A stretch of 64,000 nt of DNA from an uncultured Bacilli bacterium. Lineage in GTDB: Bacteria; Bacillota_I; Bacilli_A; RF39; UBA660. Every line of letters begins with the position of its first letter. Within the stretch, counting starts at the first letter, position 1. The stretch lies in assembly GCA_947588685.1 (NCBI GenBank), contig CANPYM010000004.1, forward strand, positions 1,091 through 65,090, given 5' to 3'. The notes under the pieces are model-generated. The model ran no database searches. It saw only the letters and a program-made list of their open reading frames with translations, and was not told the origin of the DNA. Below are positions 49,601 to 59,577 of this stretch, in pieces. A program made the position numbers and the translations under genes.

Positions 49601-49737
49601 TTAATGAAGCTATCAATAACTTCAAAGACTTCATTATGGGAGAAACTTTATCTTTAGAGTTAAATGAAAGTGATGACGCTAAAGAAGAGTTTGATTTAAA
49701 TGGTCATACTTGCTTAATTAAAATTGAAAAAGCTTAA
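46642..49737 (+). CDS. ileS: isoleucine--tRNA ligase, type 2 (eukaryote-like)
   Basis: DGP..ANG.PGLHH, GWDTHGLP, DW..SRSRYWG, EGIDQTRGWFY, KMSKS; long IleRS2-type C-terminus without the zinc finger. Confidence 0.97.
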   Translation: MKNFKELDKRPVSEVEDSIRASWGSINDMHNKQVEMHKDDETFVFYDGPAFANGFPGLHHMVSKNLKDAVTKYQVMNGKKVIRKIGWDTHGLPIENHVEKKLGISSKKEIEELGVAKFNEECRHSVRENESAFTDLTSKMGQFFDVEHPYLTYKNEYIETEWWILKQMYEKDMFYEGTRVVPYCPHCGTGLASHEVAQNYQTDTAITVYVPFKKKDEDVYFLVWTTTPWTLIANVALCVHPDEDYVLAESKGHKFILAKALLSQVLGDEATVLETYKGKDLEYVEYEQLIPSFDVDKKAFYVTCDEYVTMEDGTGIVHIAPAFGEDDANVGKKYDLPYLNPVGKDGCYVGGMWDGRFVHDVNEDVVEYLKANDKLFRRQKISHEYPHCWRCDTPLIYYSMPSYYIKVSEMTDDLVKANAEVNWYPAHVGEKRFANWLANARDWNVSRSRYWGSPIPYFKCECGYNHMVGSIAELKEMATKGIGDDFDLHKPYIDEVHLKCPKCGGEMTRIPDVLDCWFDSGSMPFAQYHYPFENKELWESQFPADFICEGIDQTRGWFYTLLIISVFVKGVSPFKNVLVNDLLLDAEGKKMSKSRGNIVEPFTTIKDYGADTVRFYLLYVSPVWTPLKFDMAGLKEVYSKFFNPLKNTYSFFAMYANIDAIDTDECNIEYSKREEIDRWLLSKYNKLVRDVRADFDEYDLNKVVHHLANFVSDDLSNWYIRRNRNRFWGSELDDSKKSVYRTTYEVLTSLAKLIAPITPFLSEELYRNLTGEESVHFASYPVCDESLIDEHVEERMDLVRSLISVGRFVREETKIKVRQPLKEALIDGKNKDLIEDLVPLISEELNIKEVLFVDDLNEYMNISLKPNFKEVGKVLGSLMKEFQEKLASLSLDEVNLLQKGETIKMTLGGEEKEITPNMIDIRISSKEGFNVGMENNNFMIIDTTLTDDLILEGIARELVSKVQNLRKQSDFEITDRIKLYYHSDDLVNEAINNFKDFIMGETLSLELNESDDAKEEFDLNGHTCLIKIEKA

Positions 49738-49740
49738 TAT

Positions 49741-49777
49741 AAAAGCTAACCTGAAATTGTCTAAGGTTAGCTTTTTT
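49741..49777 (+). terminator. ileS terminator
   Basis: AAAAGCTAACCT-loop-AGGTTAGCTTTTTT. Confidence 0.8.
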
Positions 49778-49782
49778 GATAT

Positions 49783-49948
49783 CATTTAGTATTCAACTTA
49801 AAGACCATCGCTATGTTGAATATCTTATTATTTTATATACTATAATTTTATCATATATAATTAATCATTACAACGATTATCATCTTTTATTGCTTTAAAT
49901 TTCACAAAAAAACTTAAAGATTTAAGTCTTTAAGTTGAATACTAAATG
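49783..49948. repeat. 23-bp perfect inverted repeats flanking a 120-bp segment that carries a minus-strand promoter (candidate invertible promoter)
   Basis: CATTTAGTATTCAACTTAAAGAC (49783-49805) and GTCTTTAAGTTGAATACTAAATG (49926-49948). Confidence 0.85.
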
Positions 49949-50097
49949 GTTAGTTAATATTAGTACAATATAAAGTTATGATATAAACAACTTAAGTATA
50001 AAAATTAAATTACCGGTAATAAATAAATATAGTAATAAATAATATCTAACCAAATTATTTAAAACTTTAGCTGATGAAGATTTGGAGTGGATAATAA

Positions 50098-53000
50098 ATG
50101 CTGAAAAGAAGAAAAATTAAAAGAAAATGGATAAATATTTCTCTAGCAATTCTTTTAGTAGCGCTTATTTTAACAGGTACGGGGATAGTGGTTAATGTCA
50201 CTAATTTTTTAAGTGGTCAAAAGTTAAGTGGTAATAACTTTGGTAATCGTTTAGTTGATCCTAATACAATGGATTCATATAAAGACGAATTATTGAATGA
50301 TAAGAATGGATCACGTTATGCTGGAAGAATTTGGTCGGATAAGACTACCCTTTTAGATAAAGTTGATCTTGATATGGAAACAGATGGAATCTCTAAAACA
50401 ATTAATGGCAATTCAGAGTTCATTCAAGTCTTTTCTACTTTAGGAAGTAGTGAGCAAAAGGTTGATGTAATTAAAAATCCATTAGATTTGGTAATTGCGA
50501 TTGATTTGTCATCTTCAATGGGGCGTGATTCTGTCGATGATGGTTGGACACCGGAGGATCAAAATATTAGACTTTCTCACTCCCGAATTTATGCTACTGT
50601 TCAGGCTGTTAATGAAGCTATTGATGCTTTAATGGAGAAAAATCCTGAAAATCGTATTGCGGTTATTGGATATGGCGCTAATGCGACGGTCTTACTACCT
50701 TTAGGGCAATATAAGCGAAATGAGAAAGCTGATTATATAACAATTGAAGGTCTTCGTAGCGTTTTTGGTGATAATCCTAATGCTGATGGAAAGTTTACTT
50801 ATCAAGCTGATTGTTTTTTTGAACTTTCAATCAATGCTTTAAAGAAAAATGGGAATACTTATGATCCAATTCAAAAAAAGATTACTAATCATCCTGATGT
50901 TGTTAGTGGAAATGGGGCTCAAGAAACAATTGGCTTTCTTACTAATATGCAAGGTGGCATTTATCTTGGCCTTAATGAATTAACTTCAACCGAAGAAGCT
51001 ACATATACAACAGAACAAAATGGTAAAAGAATAACTATTGCAAGAATACCTGCCATCTTTATTATGACTGATGGTGGTTCTAATTTTGCCTTTAGAAAAG
51101 AAGGCGATAATCCTAAAATACCTGATAATAAAGGTGATGAATGGTATAACGTTTATATCCCTGAACCAAGCCTTGCCGATCAATATATTTATTTTGGTTA
51201 TCCTGATGCAAACGCTAGTGGTGTTTTATACTCTAATGATTCAAGTATTGATGGCGCACCAGGTATTATCTTAGAAAACTTGCTAACTTCTTCATATATG
51301 AAGTTAAAAGTTGAAAAACATTATACAGCTTTACAAAAGAAGGCTGGAATTAGTGATGCTAAAGCAAAACTTAATGTTCAAACGATTGGTGTTGATTTAA
51401 AAGATACACCAGCTTGGGCAAGATCAAGATTGTATATTTCATTGGATCCTGAAAATTATTTTAAAGAAGATTTAACTACTGATAATGATAAGTTCCTTTC
51501 TGAAACAGAAATTGAAACAGTTATGAAAGATACTTTAGATAGTTGGAATATTTTGAAGCAAAAACAAAGTACCAAAGTTAAAATAGGTTTTATGCAAAAG
51601 CCAAAAGATCCTGATAAATATATAAATATTGCGCCAATTCCAGAAGAAGGTATCGGTTCTGGTGAAGAGAAGATAACGATGGATGAGGTTATTGAAAATA
51701 TTAATTATGCTGATAATTTTAGTGATATATCTAGTAATGGTGGTCAACTAGAACAGTTATTCCTTAATGTTATTCAGAACCTTGATGGTGAGGCTTCTAG
51801 TCCAATTAGTGGAACTAACGAAGCTGGTGTTAGCGATTCTTTAATGTATTCAGACCCAATGGGTAAATATATGGAAATTAAAAGAAATGGTCTCACCATT
51901 GATGGCGAAAAGTATGATATGAGCTTACTTTTGTTTGGTAAATTACATAATATGCGTAAAGCTGCCGTTTATGATTATACATTCAATAGCACCCACAGAG
52001 GTCCAAATCATAACAGTGATGATATGGCTTTAGGCTTTACTAGTGGTTGGTATGATAAAGAAGGAAATTATCTAGAAGATGGTGGATCTTGGGATAAGGG
52101 TGATACTTATTATGCTGATGTTACCCAAGTTCAAAAATATATTCCAACTTTAGATGAGTCAAGTAATATTACCCCAAAACAAAAGAAAACTATTTATACT
52201 TTGTATAGTTTTGTTGATAAAGAAGACGAAGAACAAATTAATCCATCATATGAAGATGAAAGCGTCAAATATAAAGTTAATGATATTCGGGTTTGGACAG
52301 AGTATACGGGTAATTATGTCGATGAAGATCCAAGCGCTAACCCTAACTTAGGTTTCGATGAAGCTTTATATGTTAATATTCCAACGACAGCTTTACCACT
52401 TCAAATGGTTAAACTATATGTTGAAAGTGATGGCAGCATTTCTGATTATCAAACGAATTTAAATAACTATATAGCCTCAACACCACTTCGTTTATTTTAT
52501 AGTGTTGGTGTTTCATCACAAGTTATGACTGAAGATGGCTTAGATCTTGATTTAGCTAAAATAAATCAAGAATACATTCAAAAAAATAAAGTTAATGACA
52601 CAATTAGATTTTATGCCAATTATTATAGTAATACGAAGTATGATGGTTATTTAACTGATACTGAGGTAGAACGAACAAGGGGAGATGCTAGTGTTAGTTT
52701 TTCACCAAGTGCTACTAATCGTTATTATACATATCAAAAGCCATTACCATTATATGAAATGGCTATCAGTGATATACCGGATGAAAATGGCTTATATAAA
52801 TCTCTTGAATTAGGTACTAAAGAAGAATACGAATTATTTAAAAGTACCCATAAAACAATATCTAATAGTTCATCATTTGATGATAATAAATGGTATTATA
52901 TCGTTGTTGATTATTATATGCCAGGAAAAAGTGAAGCTATGCATTTAGCTGTTCCAAGAGAAGGTAAAGAGTTTGGCTCTGGTATCGGTGATGGAACTAT

Positions 53001-56000
53001 TAAAAAGGGTGAATATTTAGAGTGGTATAGTGAAAAGACTGATACTTCGGCTACCTTTGATGCTTCCGAGGAAGCACCAAGTGATGCAGATGATTATGTT
53101 ATTGCTACGCGTCCTGGTGGTTTAAGAGTCGGCGATTTAGCGCAAAATCTAAGAGGTAAGACGAATAATGCAACCCAAACAGCTTATAATTATTATTTAC
53201 CAACGATAAGTTCATCAACAAGTGGCTTTAAGACGCGCGATAATAATGTTATTATTAATATTTTCTTAGGAAATAATGGTCGTTTGGATGTTAATGATTC
53301 TCTTATGATGATTGCTAAAGAAGTAAAGACTGATACATTCAGTGAAAAGACTATCGATAGATCACGTGATTATCAATTTGAAGTTAAAATTGATGGCCAT
53401 GAAGGGGATTATAGTGCGATTAAAATGTATAAAAACCCTTATAGTAATGAATGGCAACTTCGCCTTAGTACCATTGATATCCTAACTGATAATGATGGTT
53501 TCTTACAAGATAAGGATACGAAGTTATATGTTTATGAAGATGGTGGCCAACAGTATTACGTTTATATCGGTGATAATGAAATAGATGGTGATACCGGTGG
53601 CGATGATGTTTTTAGAGTATATTCAGCTCCTGATAATGATAATCACATTGAACTAACGAAATCGGGAATGACAACTTATGTAACCGATCCAAATACGATT
53701 GATGGCGCTACTGCATTAAATAAATATAAAGCGGTTGATGATAATCATACTTTAGGCTCAATTGATTTTTGGATTGATAAAGTATACTTAATTCCAACCA
53801 ATATTGTTGATGAAAAAACTTGGAATCATTCATTAGAAGGTTATAAAACATTAACAGAGTTTGTTGTGGCACATTTGGATTCTATGAAAAAGGGTGTTGA
53901 TGAATTAACAACATCATATAAAACAGAAACAACATATTTAACAACGACCCTTAAATTTGGTTATACTGCTCAAAACAAACCAGAAACAAAACCAAATAGT
54001 TGGACCGATGATGAATGGGATAGTCAAAAAGAACATATTGCTAAATTAGTTTTAAAAGATAATGAAGGGATTATGTTATCAGGACTAAAATCCGGCGTAA
54101 ACTATGAGACTGTAGAAGAGATAACAAATAAAGATAATAAAGAAGGATATTATTTTGAAGAGATTAAACTAGGTGAAGAAGATATGGCCACGATAACTGA
54201 TAAGACGGTTAAAGGAAGAGTAAACGCAAATTATATTGATGAAGTAGAATACATTAACCGCTATTATGCACCGACTAGTTTAGCTATTAAAAAGACCGTT
54301 AGTGGTTTATTAGGTGAGAAAGAAAAAGACTGGACGTTTGATCTTACTATTACCTTACCACCTTCTGCTGTCATTCTTGATAGTTATGATTATCATTATG
54401 ATGTAATTGATGGTGTTACAAAAAGAGCTGATGGTAAGATAACTTTTGAAAGTCTTACTGACAATCATTATTTAGCTCATCTATCTATTAAACATGGTGA
54501 GACACTTGTAATTGAAGGTCTTCCTGAAGGAACAACCTATGAAGTTAGTGAAAATGATGCTAATCAGAATGGATATGTAACAACATCATTAAATGAAGTA
54601 GGTACACTAAGGCCTACTCAAACTGATGTAAGTTTTGAAAATAGTAAAATTGCTAAAAGCGATTTAACAATTACTAAAGAAGTTCAGGGCTTGTTAGGCG
54701 ATAAAGAAAAAGAATGGGAATTTGAAGTTACTTTAAAGCCAAGCATAGAACAAGACTTCCCAACGAATTATGTCTATACTGGTACTAAGAATGGTACATT
54801 GGAATTAACTCCAAAAGAAGATGCTTATGTTGGTAAAATAACTTTGAAACACAATGATACAATTACTATTAAAGATATTCCTGAAAATACAACTTATGAA
54901 ATAAAAGAGTTAGATGCTTCAAAGGATGGATACATTAGTAATGCTCAAAATGCAACCGGTCTTATCAAGGGCGAAGGCGTTTATGAAGTTCGCTTTACGA
55001 ATATTAAATATGAACGTCATAGTCTTACTATATCTAAAGAAGTAACTGGTAGCGCTGGTGATAAGAATAAAAATTGGAAGTTTAAAATCGTCTTCACACC
55101 AGATACAGATGTCATTTTTGATAAAAGCTATCCATATGATGGTGGTACTTTAGAGCTAACGGAAAAAGATGGAAAGTATACAGGTGAAATAACTTTAAGA
55201 CATAACGAGAGTATAACAATTAAAAATATTCCAGAACGAACTAATTATGACATTGAAGAAGTAGAAGCTAATGCAAACGATTATCAGACATTTATAACAG
55301 GTAATCAAAGTGGAATTATGAATGATGATGTGACCGTTAAATATACAAATCGTAAATTATCAAAACAAGATTTAACGATATCTAAAGAAGTAACGGGAGC
55401 ATGGGCTAATAAAGATAAAGAGTGGACTTTTACAGTTAAACTTACGCCTAGTAAAGATGTTTATCTAAATGGTTTTTATCATTATGAAGGCAGTAAAGAA
55501 GGCGAGATGGAGTTAACTAATAATTCGGGTATCTATACAGGTAAAATTACTTTAAAAAGTGGGGAGAGTATAACACTTAAAGAAATACCTGAAGGAACAG
55601 CTTACGAAGTTAGCGAAGATGACGCCAATACTGACGGGTATACGACAAGAGTAACAGGGGATACTAAAGGTGTATTAACTTTCAATACCCCAACGCCACA
55701 TATAGCTTTTGAAAATATTAAATTATCAAAGCATAGTTTAACAATATCAAAAGAAGTAGCTGGTGGCGCCAGTGATCCTGATAAAGAATGGACTTTTAGC
55801 CTTACTTTAACTAGTAAAGATGGTGTTACACTATTAGATAGCTATCCTATTTTAGGTGGTAATACAGCCAGTGAAGTAAGTGTTATTGATGAAAAACGTT
55901 TAACACTAGAAAAAGAAAGTGATACTAAAGCTAAAGCAACCTTTAAATTAAAGGGTGGTCAATCGATAACTATCAATGATTTACCAGAAGGTACAACTTA

Positions 56001-57333
56001 TGAGGTTAAAGAACTAGAAGCCAATACTGAAGGCTATGACACTAGAATTACTGGTGATGAAAAAGGTGTTTTAGAAAATGTGGATACCAAGTCCGTTAAG
56101 TATGTTAACCATAAAGCACTTAAATACGATCTATCTATTGGTAAAGTTGTAAAAGGTGGAGCTGGTGAAAAAGATGCATCTTGGACCTTTAATATTACAT
56201 TGACACCAATGGATGGGGAAGAACTATTAACTACTTATCTTGTTGAGGGTATTGAGCCAAGTCTTATCAGTTTAACCCGTACCGAAGATGGCTATAAAGG
56301 CTCATTATCATTAAAACATGGTGATACAGCAACGATTAAAGGTATACCTGAAAATACGGGTTTTAAAATTGAAGAAGAAGAAGCCAATAAAAATGGATAT
56401 ATAACTGAAGTAAATAACCCTAATACAGGTATACTAGATAAGCAGTTAGATCCAATAATCTTTACTAATACTAAACTAGCTAAATATAATTTAACAATTG
56501 TTAAAACTGTTAAAGGTAATTTGGGTGACAAAGATAAAGAGTGGACCTTTAAAGTTTTATTAACCCCACCAACAATTAAAGATTTAGATAAAGAATATGC
56601 TTACACTAAAGAAGATGCTCACGGAACTAATTTAGATGGTAAGATGTCTTTAAATAAAGTATCAGATCATTATGAGGGTGAGATAAGCATAAAAGATCAA
56701 GAAAAAATAACCATTAAAGATTTGCCAGAAGGAGCGACATATCAAGTTGTGGAACAAGGTGCTGAAGATGATGGTTATAAGGTAGCCACCGGTAACGATA
56801 ATGGTATTTTAAATGATCATCAAATGGTAAAAGTTACTAATACCAAAGTTTCATATCATGATTTGCAAATTGAATCGCATTTAAAGGGTAATAATTCAGA
56901 TCCTGAAATCGAATGGGATGTTGAAGTAACATTAACACCATCTTCTGATAGTGGATTAGAAGATAGTTATGTATGGGTTGATGATGATGGTGTATCACAT
57001 CTTCTTCCATTAACACCAAACGATGATGGAACTTATACAGGCCACTTATCTTTAAAAGGTAATAGTCATGGAACAATTAAGGATTTACCATATGGAACAA
57101 CCTATGAAGTTAAAGTTCAAAATGCTAATCAAGACGGTCATAAGACAACCATTGATGAGAATAGTGGTGTTTTATCAGAAAATATGGAGGTTACTTTTAC
57201 AAATGAGCGTAATTTGAAAATACCAAATACCTTAGATGATATTATGAAATATATAATTATCTTTGTTATGGCTCTAATAATTAGTAGCTGTGGTCTATAT
57301 TTATATTTACAAAAAAGAGGAACTAACAATTAA
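50098..57333 (+). CDS. giant surface adhesin: vWA domain plus ~8-9 CnaB-like Ig repeats plus wall/membrane anchor
   Basis: Signal/TM segment, MIDAS DLSSS..T..TDG, repeats L.I.K.V.G...W.F...I..LPEG..YEV.E...F.N, C-terminal IPNTLD + TM + KR. Confidence 0.85.
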   Translation: MLKRRKIKRKWINISLAILLVALILTGTGIVVNVTNFLSGQKLSGNNFGNRLVDPNTMDSYKDELLNDKNGSRYAGRIWSDKTTLLDKVDLDMETDGISKTINGNSEFIQVFSTLGSSEQKVDVIKNPLDLVIAIDLSSSMGRDSVDDGWTPEDQNIRLSHSRIYATVQAVNEAIDALMEKNPENRIAVIGYGANATVLLPLGQYKRNEKADYITIEGLRSVFGDNPNADGKFTYQADCFFELSINALKKNGNTYDPIQKKITNHPDVVSGNGAQETIGFLTNMQGGIYLGLNELTSTEEATYTTEQNGKRITIARIPAIFIMTDGGSNFAFRKEGDNPKIPDNKGDEWYNVYIPEPSLADQYIYFGYPDANASGVLYSNDSSIDGAPGIILENLLTSSYMKLKVEKHYTALQKKAGISDAKAKLNVQTIGVDLKDTPAWARSRLYISLDPENYFKEDLTTDNDKFLSETEIETVMKDTLDSWNILKQKQSTKVKIGFMQKPKDPDKYINIAPIPEEGIGSGEEKITMDEVIENINYADNFSDISSNGGQLEQLFLNVIQNLDGEASSPISGTNEAGVSDSLMYSDPMGKYMEIKRNGLTIDGEKYDMSLLLFGKLHNMRKAAVYDYTFNSTHRGPNHNSDDMALGFTSGWYDKEGNYLEDGGSWDKGDTYYADVTQVQKYIPTLDESSNITPKQKKTIYTLYSFVDKEDEEQINPSYEDESVKYKVNDIRVWTEYTGNYVDEDPSANPNLGFDEALYVNIPTTALPLQMVKLYVESDGSISDYQTNLNNYIASTPLRLFYSVGVSSQVMTEDGLDLDLAKINQEYIQKNKVNDTIRFYANYYSNTKYDGYLTDTEVERTRGDASVSFSPSATNRYYTYQKPLPLYEMAISDIPDENGLYKSLELGTKEEYELFKSTHKTISNSSSFDDNKWYYIVVDYYMPGKSEAMHLAVPREGKEFGSGIGDGTIKKGEYLEWYSEKTDTSATFDASEEAPSDADDYVIATRPGGLRVGDLAQNLRGKTNNATQTAYNYYLPTISSSTSGFKTRDNNVIINIFLGNNGRLDVNDSLMMIAKEVKTDTFSEKTIDRSRDYQFEVKIDGHEGDYSAIKMYKNPYSNEWQLRLSTIDILTDNDGFLQDKDTKLYVYEDGGQQYYVYIGDNEIDGDTGGDDVFRVYSAPDNDNHIELTKSGMTTYVTDPNTIDGATALNKYKAVDDNHTLGSIDFWIDKVYLIPTNIVDEKTWNHSLEGYKTLTEFVVAHLDSMKKGVDELTTSYKTETTYLTTTLKFGYTAQNKPETKPNSWTDDEWDSQKEHIAKLVLKDNEGIMLSGLKSGVNYETVEEITNKDNKEGYYFEEIKLGEEDMATITDKTVKGRVNANYIDEVEYINRYYAPTSLAIKKTVSGLLGEKEKDWTFDLTITLPPSAVILDSYDYHYDVIDGVTKRADGKITFESLTDNHYLAHLSIKHGETLVIEGLPEGTTYEVSENDANQNGYVTTSLNEVGTLRPTQTDVSFENSKIAKSDLTITKEVQGLLGDKEKEWEFEVTLKPSIEQDFPTNYVYTGTKNGTLELTPKEDAYVGKITLKHNDTITIKDIPENTTYEIKELDASKDGYISNAQNATGLIKGEGVYEVRFTNIKYERHSLTISKEVTGSAGDKNKNWKFKIVFTPDTDVIFDKSYPYDGGTLELTEKDGKYTGEITLRHNESITIKNIPERTNYDIEEVEANANDYQTFITGNQSGIMNDDVTVKYTNRKLSKQDLTISKEVTGAWANKDKEWTFTVKLTPSKDVYLNGFYHYEGSKEGEMELTNNSGIYTGKITLKSGESITLKEIPEGTAYEVSEDDANTDGYTTRVTGDTKGVLTFNTPTPHIAFENIKLSKHSLTISKEVAGGASDPDKEWTFSLTLTSKDGVTLLDSYPILGGNTASEVSVIDEKRLTLEKESDTKAKATFKLKGGQSITINDLPEGTTYEVKELEANTEGYDTRITGDEKGVLENVDTKSVKYVNHKALKYDLSIGKVVKGGAGEKDASWTFNITLTPMDGEELLTTYLVEGIEPSLISLTRTEDGYKGSLSLKHGDTATIKGIPENTGFKIEEEEANKNGYITEVNNPNTGILDKQLDPIIFTNTKLAKYNLTIVKTVKGNLGDKDKEWTFKVLLTPPTIKDLDKEYAYTKEDAHGTNLDGKMSLNKVSDHYEGEISIKDQEKITIKDLPEGATYQVVEQGAEDDGYKVATGNDNGILNDHQMVKVTNTKVSYHDLQIESHLKGNNSDPEIEWDVEVTLTPSSDSGLEDSYVWVDDDGVSHLLPLTPNDDGTYTGHLSLKGNSHGTIKDLPYGTTYEVKVQNANQDGHKTTIDENSGVLSENMEVTFTNERNLKIPNTLDDIMKYIIIFVMALIISSCGLYLYLQKRGTNN

Positions 57334-57342
57334 GTTCCTTTT

Positions 57343-57720
57343 TTAAATATTTGGATTTTCGACATCTGCTAGCGTTTCTGTCGAAGATAAAGAAATAACA
57401 TATAGAGCAATAACTTCGGAGATAACCACTAAAATTGAGGCAGCTATCTGTAATTCATAACTTTTAAGACTATCGCCTCTTTTTTTAGCGATATTATATA
57501 ACTGATAGTTGATATATAAAAAGAAGACGCCGGATAGTAAAATGACGACGCGATTAAAAGTTGTTAACTTTAAAGTATTTTTATTACTTAAGATCTTTGG
57601 GCGCTTTTGTAAACCTCGCTTTTGATTATAAGTGATGACAATCGCAATGATTGTTGTAACAATTGATATAACAAGGGTTATAATTTGGTAGTTAACATAC
57701 TTAATTTCTTCTTCCTTCAT
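57343..57720 (-). CDS. small three-TM membrane protein
   Basis: 125 aa, three hydrophobic helices, C-terminal VENP. Confidence 0.7.
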   Translation of the reverse strand: MKEEEIKYVNYQIITLVISIVTTIIAIVITYNQKRGLQKRPKILSNKNTLKLTTFNRVVILLSGVFFLYINYQLYNIAKKRGDSLKSYELQIAASILVVISEVIALYVISLSSTETLADVENPNI

Positions 57721-57764
57721 AATACAATATATGTTTTTTATGATATAATAACTATGGTGGTTTG

Positions 57765-59564
57765 ATGAAACAGAATAATATTAGAAATTTCTCAATCATT
57801 GCGCATATCGACCATGGTAAAAGTACCTTAGCTGATCGTATCCTTGAAAAAACGGGAACGATTAGTCAAAGAGAAATGAAAGATCAATTACTTGATAGTA
57901 TGGATATTGAAAGAGAACGTGGTATTACTATTAAGTTAAACGCTGTCAGGTTAAAATATAATTATAAAGGTGAAGATTATATCCTTCATCTTATTGACAC
58001 TCCAGGTCATGTTGATTTTACCTATGAAGTATCTAGATCGCTTGCGGCTTGTGAAGGAGCTTTATTAGTTGTTGATGCAGCTCAAGGAATTGAAGCTCAA
58101 ACCCTAGCTAATTTATATCAAGCCTTAGATAACAATTTAACGATTATTCCAGTTATTAATAAAATTGATTTACCTAATGCTGATATTGCTAAAGTCACAG
58201 CTGAGCTTGTTAACACTATCGGTTTTGATGAAGATGAAATTATTTTAGTTAGTGCGAAGACCGGTGTTGGGGTTGATGAGTTATTAGCGTCTATCATTGA
58301 GCGTATTCCTGCCCCTAAAGGGAATAATGATGAAGCTTTGCAGGCTTTAATTTTTGATAGTTATTTTGATGCCTACCGGGGCATTGTAACCCTTGTTAGA
58401 GTTATTAATGGTCATATTAAAGTTGGCGATAAAATAAAAATGATGGCGACTAATGCCAGTTATGATGTAACAGAACTAGGCTTTAATAGTCCTTATGAAC
58501 ATAAAGTTGATACCCTTTTAGCGGGTGAGGTTGGTTATTTATGCGCTAGTATTAAAAGTATTGAAGACGTTAAAGTTGGCGATACGATTACGCTAGATGC
58601 TAACCCTGCTAAAAAACCGCTAGCTGGTTATAAACCAATGAAATCGATGGTTTTTTGTGGATTATATCCAATTGAATCAAGCAAGTTTCCACTTCTAAGA
58701 GAAGCTTTAGAAAAATTAAAACTAAATGATGCCTCTTTGTCTTTTGAGCCGGAAACGTCTCAAGCATTGGGATTCGGTTTTCGATGTGGTTTCTTAGGAT
58801 TACTGCATATGGAAATCATTGAAGAAAGACTAGAGCGCGAGTTTAATATTGAACTAATTGCGACGAGCCCATCAGTTGTGTATGAAGTTGAATTAACAGA
58901 TAAAACACTAGTGATGGTTGATAGTCCAGCTAAACTTCCAGACCGGGCTAGAATTGCCGAAATAAGAGAACCTTATATTAAGACCAATATTTTTGTTCCT
59001 AGTGAATATATTGGACCAATTATGGAGTTATGTCAAAATAAACGGGGTAATTATTTATCAATGGAATATCTTGATGCGACTAGAGTTAATATTCATTATG
59101 AGATACCTTTATCAGAAATTGTGTATGATTTTTTTGATAAATTAAAAAGTTATACCAAAGGGTATGCTTCATTTGACTATGAATTAGTTGGCTATAAACC
59201 AAGTAATCTTGTTAAAATGGATATATTATTAAATGGGGAAGCGGTTGATGCTTTAAGTACCATTGTCCATAAGGATTTCGCTTATAAAAGAGGTAAGGCT
59301 ATTGTCGAAAGCTTAAGAAAACTTATCCCAAGACAACAGTTTGAAATACCTATTCAAGCAGTTATTGGGACTAAAGCTATTGCGCGGGCTGACATTAAAG
59401 CGATGCGTAAAAATGTCTTAGCTAAATGTTATGGCGGCGATGTATCTCGTAAAAGAAAATTACTAGAAAAACAAAAAGAAGGAAAGAAACGAATGAAGAT
59501 GGTTGGCAGTGTTGAAGTGCCACAAGAAGCATTCTTATCTGTCCTTAGTATGGAAGATGAATAG
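57765..59564 (+). CDS. lepA: elongation factor 4 (LepA)
   Basis: [37 protein letters not shown] motifs. Confidence 0.99.
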   Translation: MKQNNIRNFSIIAHIDHGKSTLADRILEKTGTISQREMKDQLLDSMDIERERGITIKLNAVRLKYNYKGEDYILHLIDTPGHVDFTYEVSRSLAACEGALLVVDAAQGIEAQTLANLYQALDNNLTIIPVINKIDLPNADIAKVTAELVNTIGFDEDEIILVSAKTGVGVDELLASIIERIPAPKGNNDEALQALIFDSYFDAYRGIVTLVRVINGHIKVGDKIKMMATNASYDVTELGFNSPYEHKVDTLLAGEVGYLCASIKSIEDVKVGDTITLDANPAKKPLAGYKPMKSMVFCGLYPIESSKFPLLREALEKLKLNDASLSFEPETSQALGFGFRCGFLGLLHMEIIEERLEREFNIELIATSPSVVYEVELTDKTLVMVDSPAKLPDRARIAEIREPYIKTNIFVPSEYIGPIMELCQNKRGNYLSMEYLDATRVNIHYEIPLSEIVYDFFDKLKSYTKGYASFDYELVGYKPSNLVKMDILLNGEAVDALSTIVHKDFAYKRGKAIVESLRKLIPRQQFEIPIQAVIGTKAIARADIKAMRKNVLAKCYGGDVSRKRKLLEKQKEGKKRMKMVGSVEVPQEAFLSVLSMEDE

Positions 59565-59577
59565 AAGGAGTTAGAAG

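Noticed and set aside
58419-58433. 15-nt match between spacer 2 (reverse complement) and lepA, suggesting self-targeting
   Set aside because: The match covers only the PAM-distal half and reflects a common KVGDK codon string; the seed half does not match.
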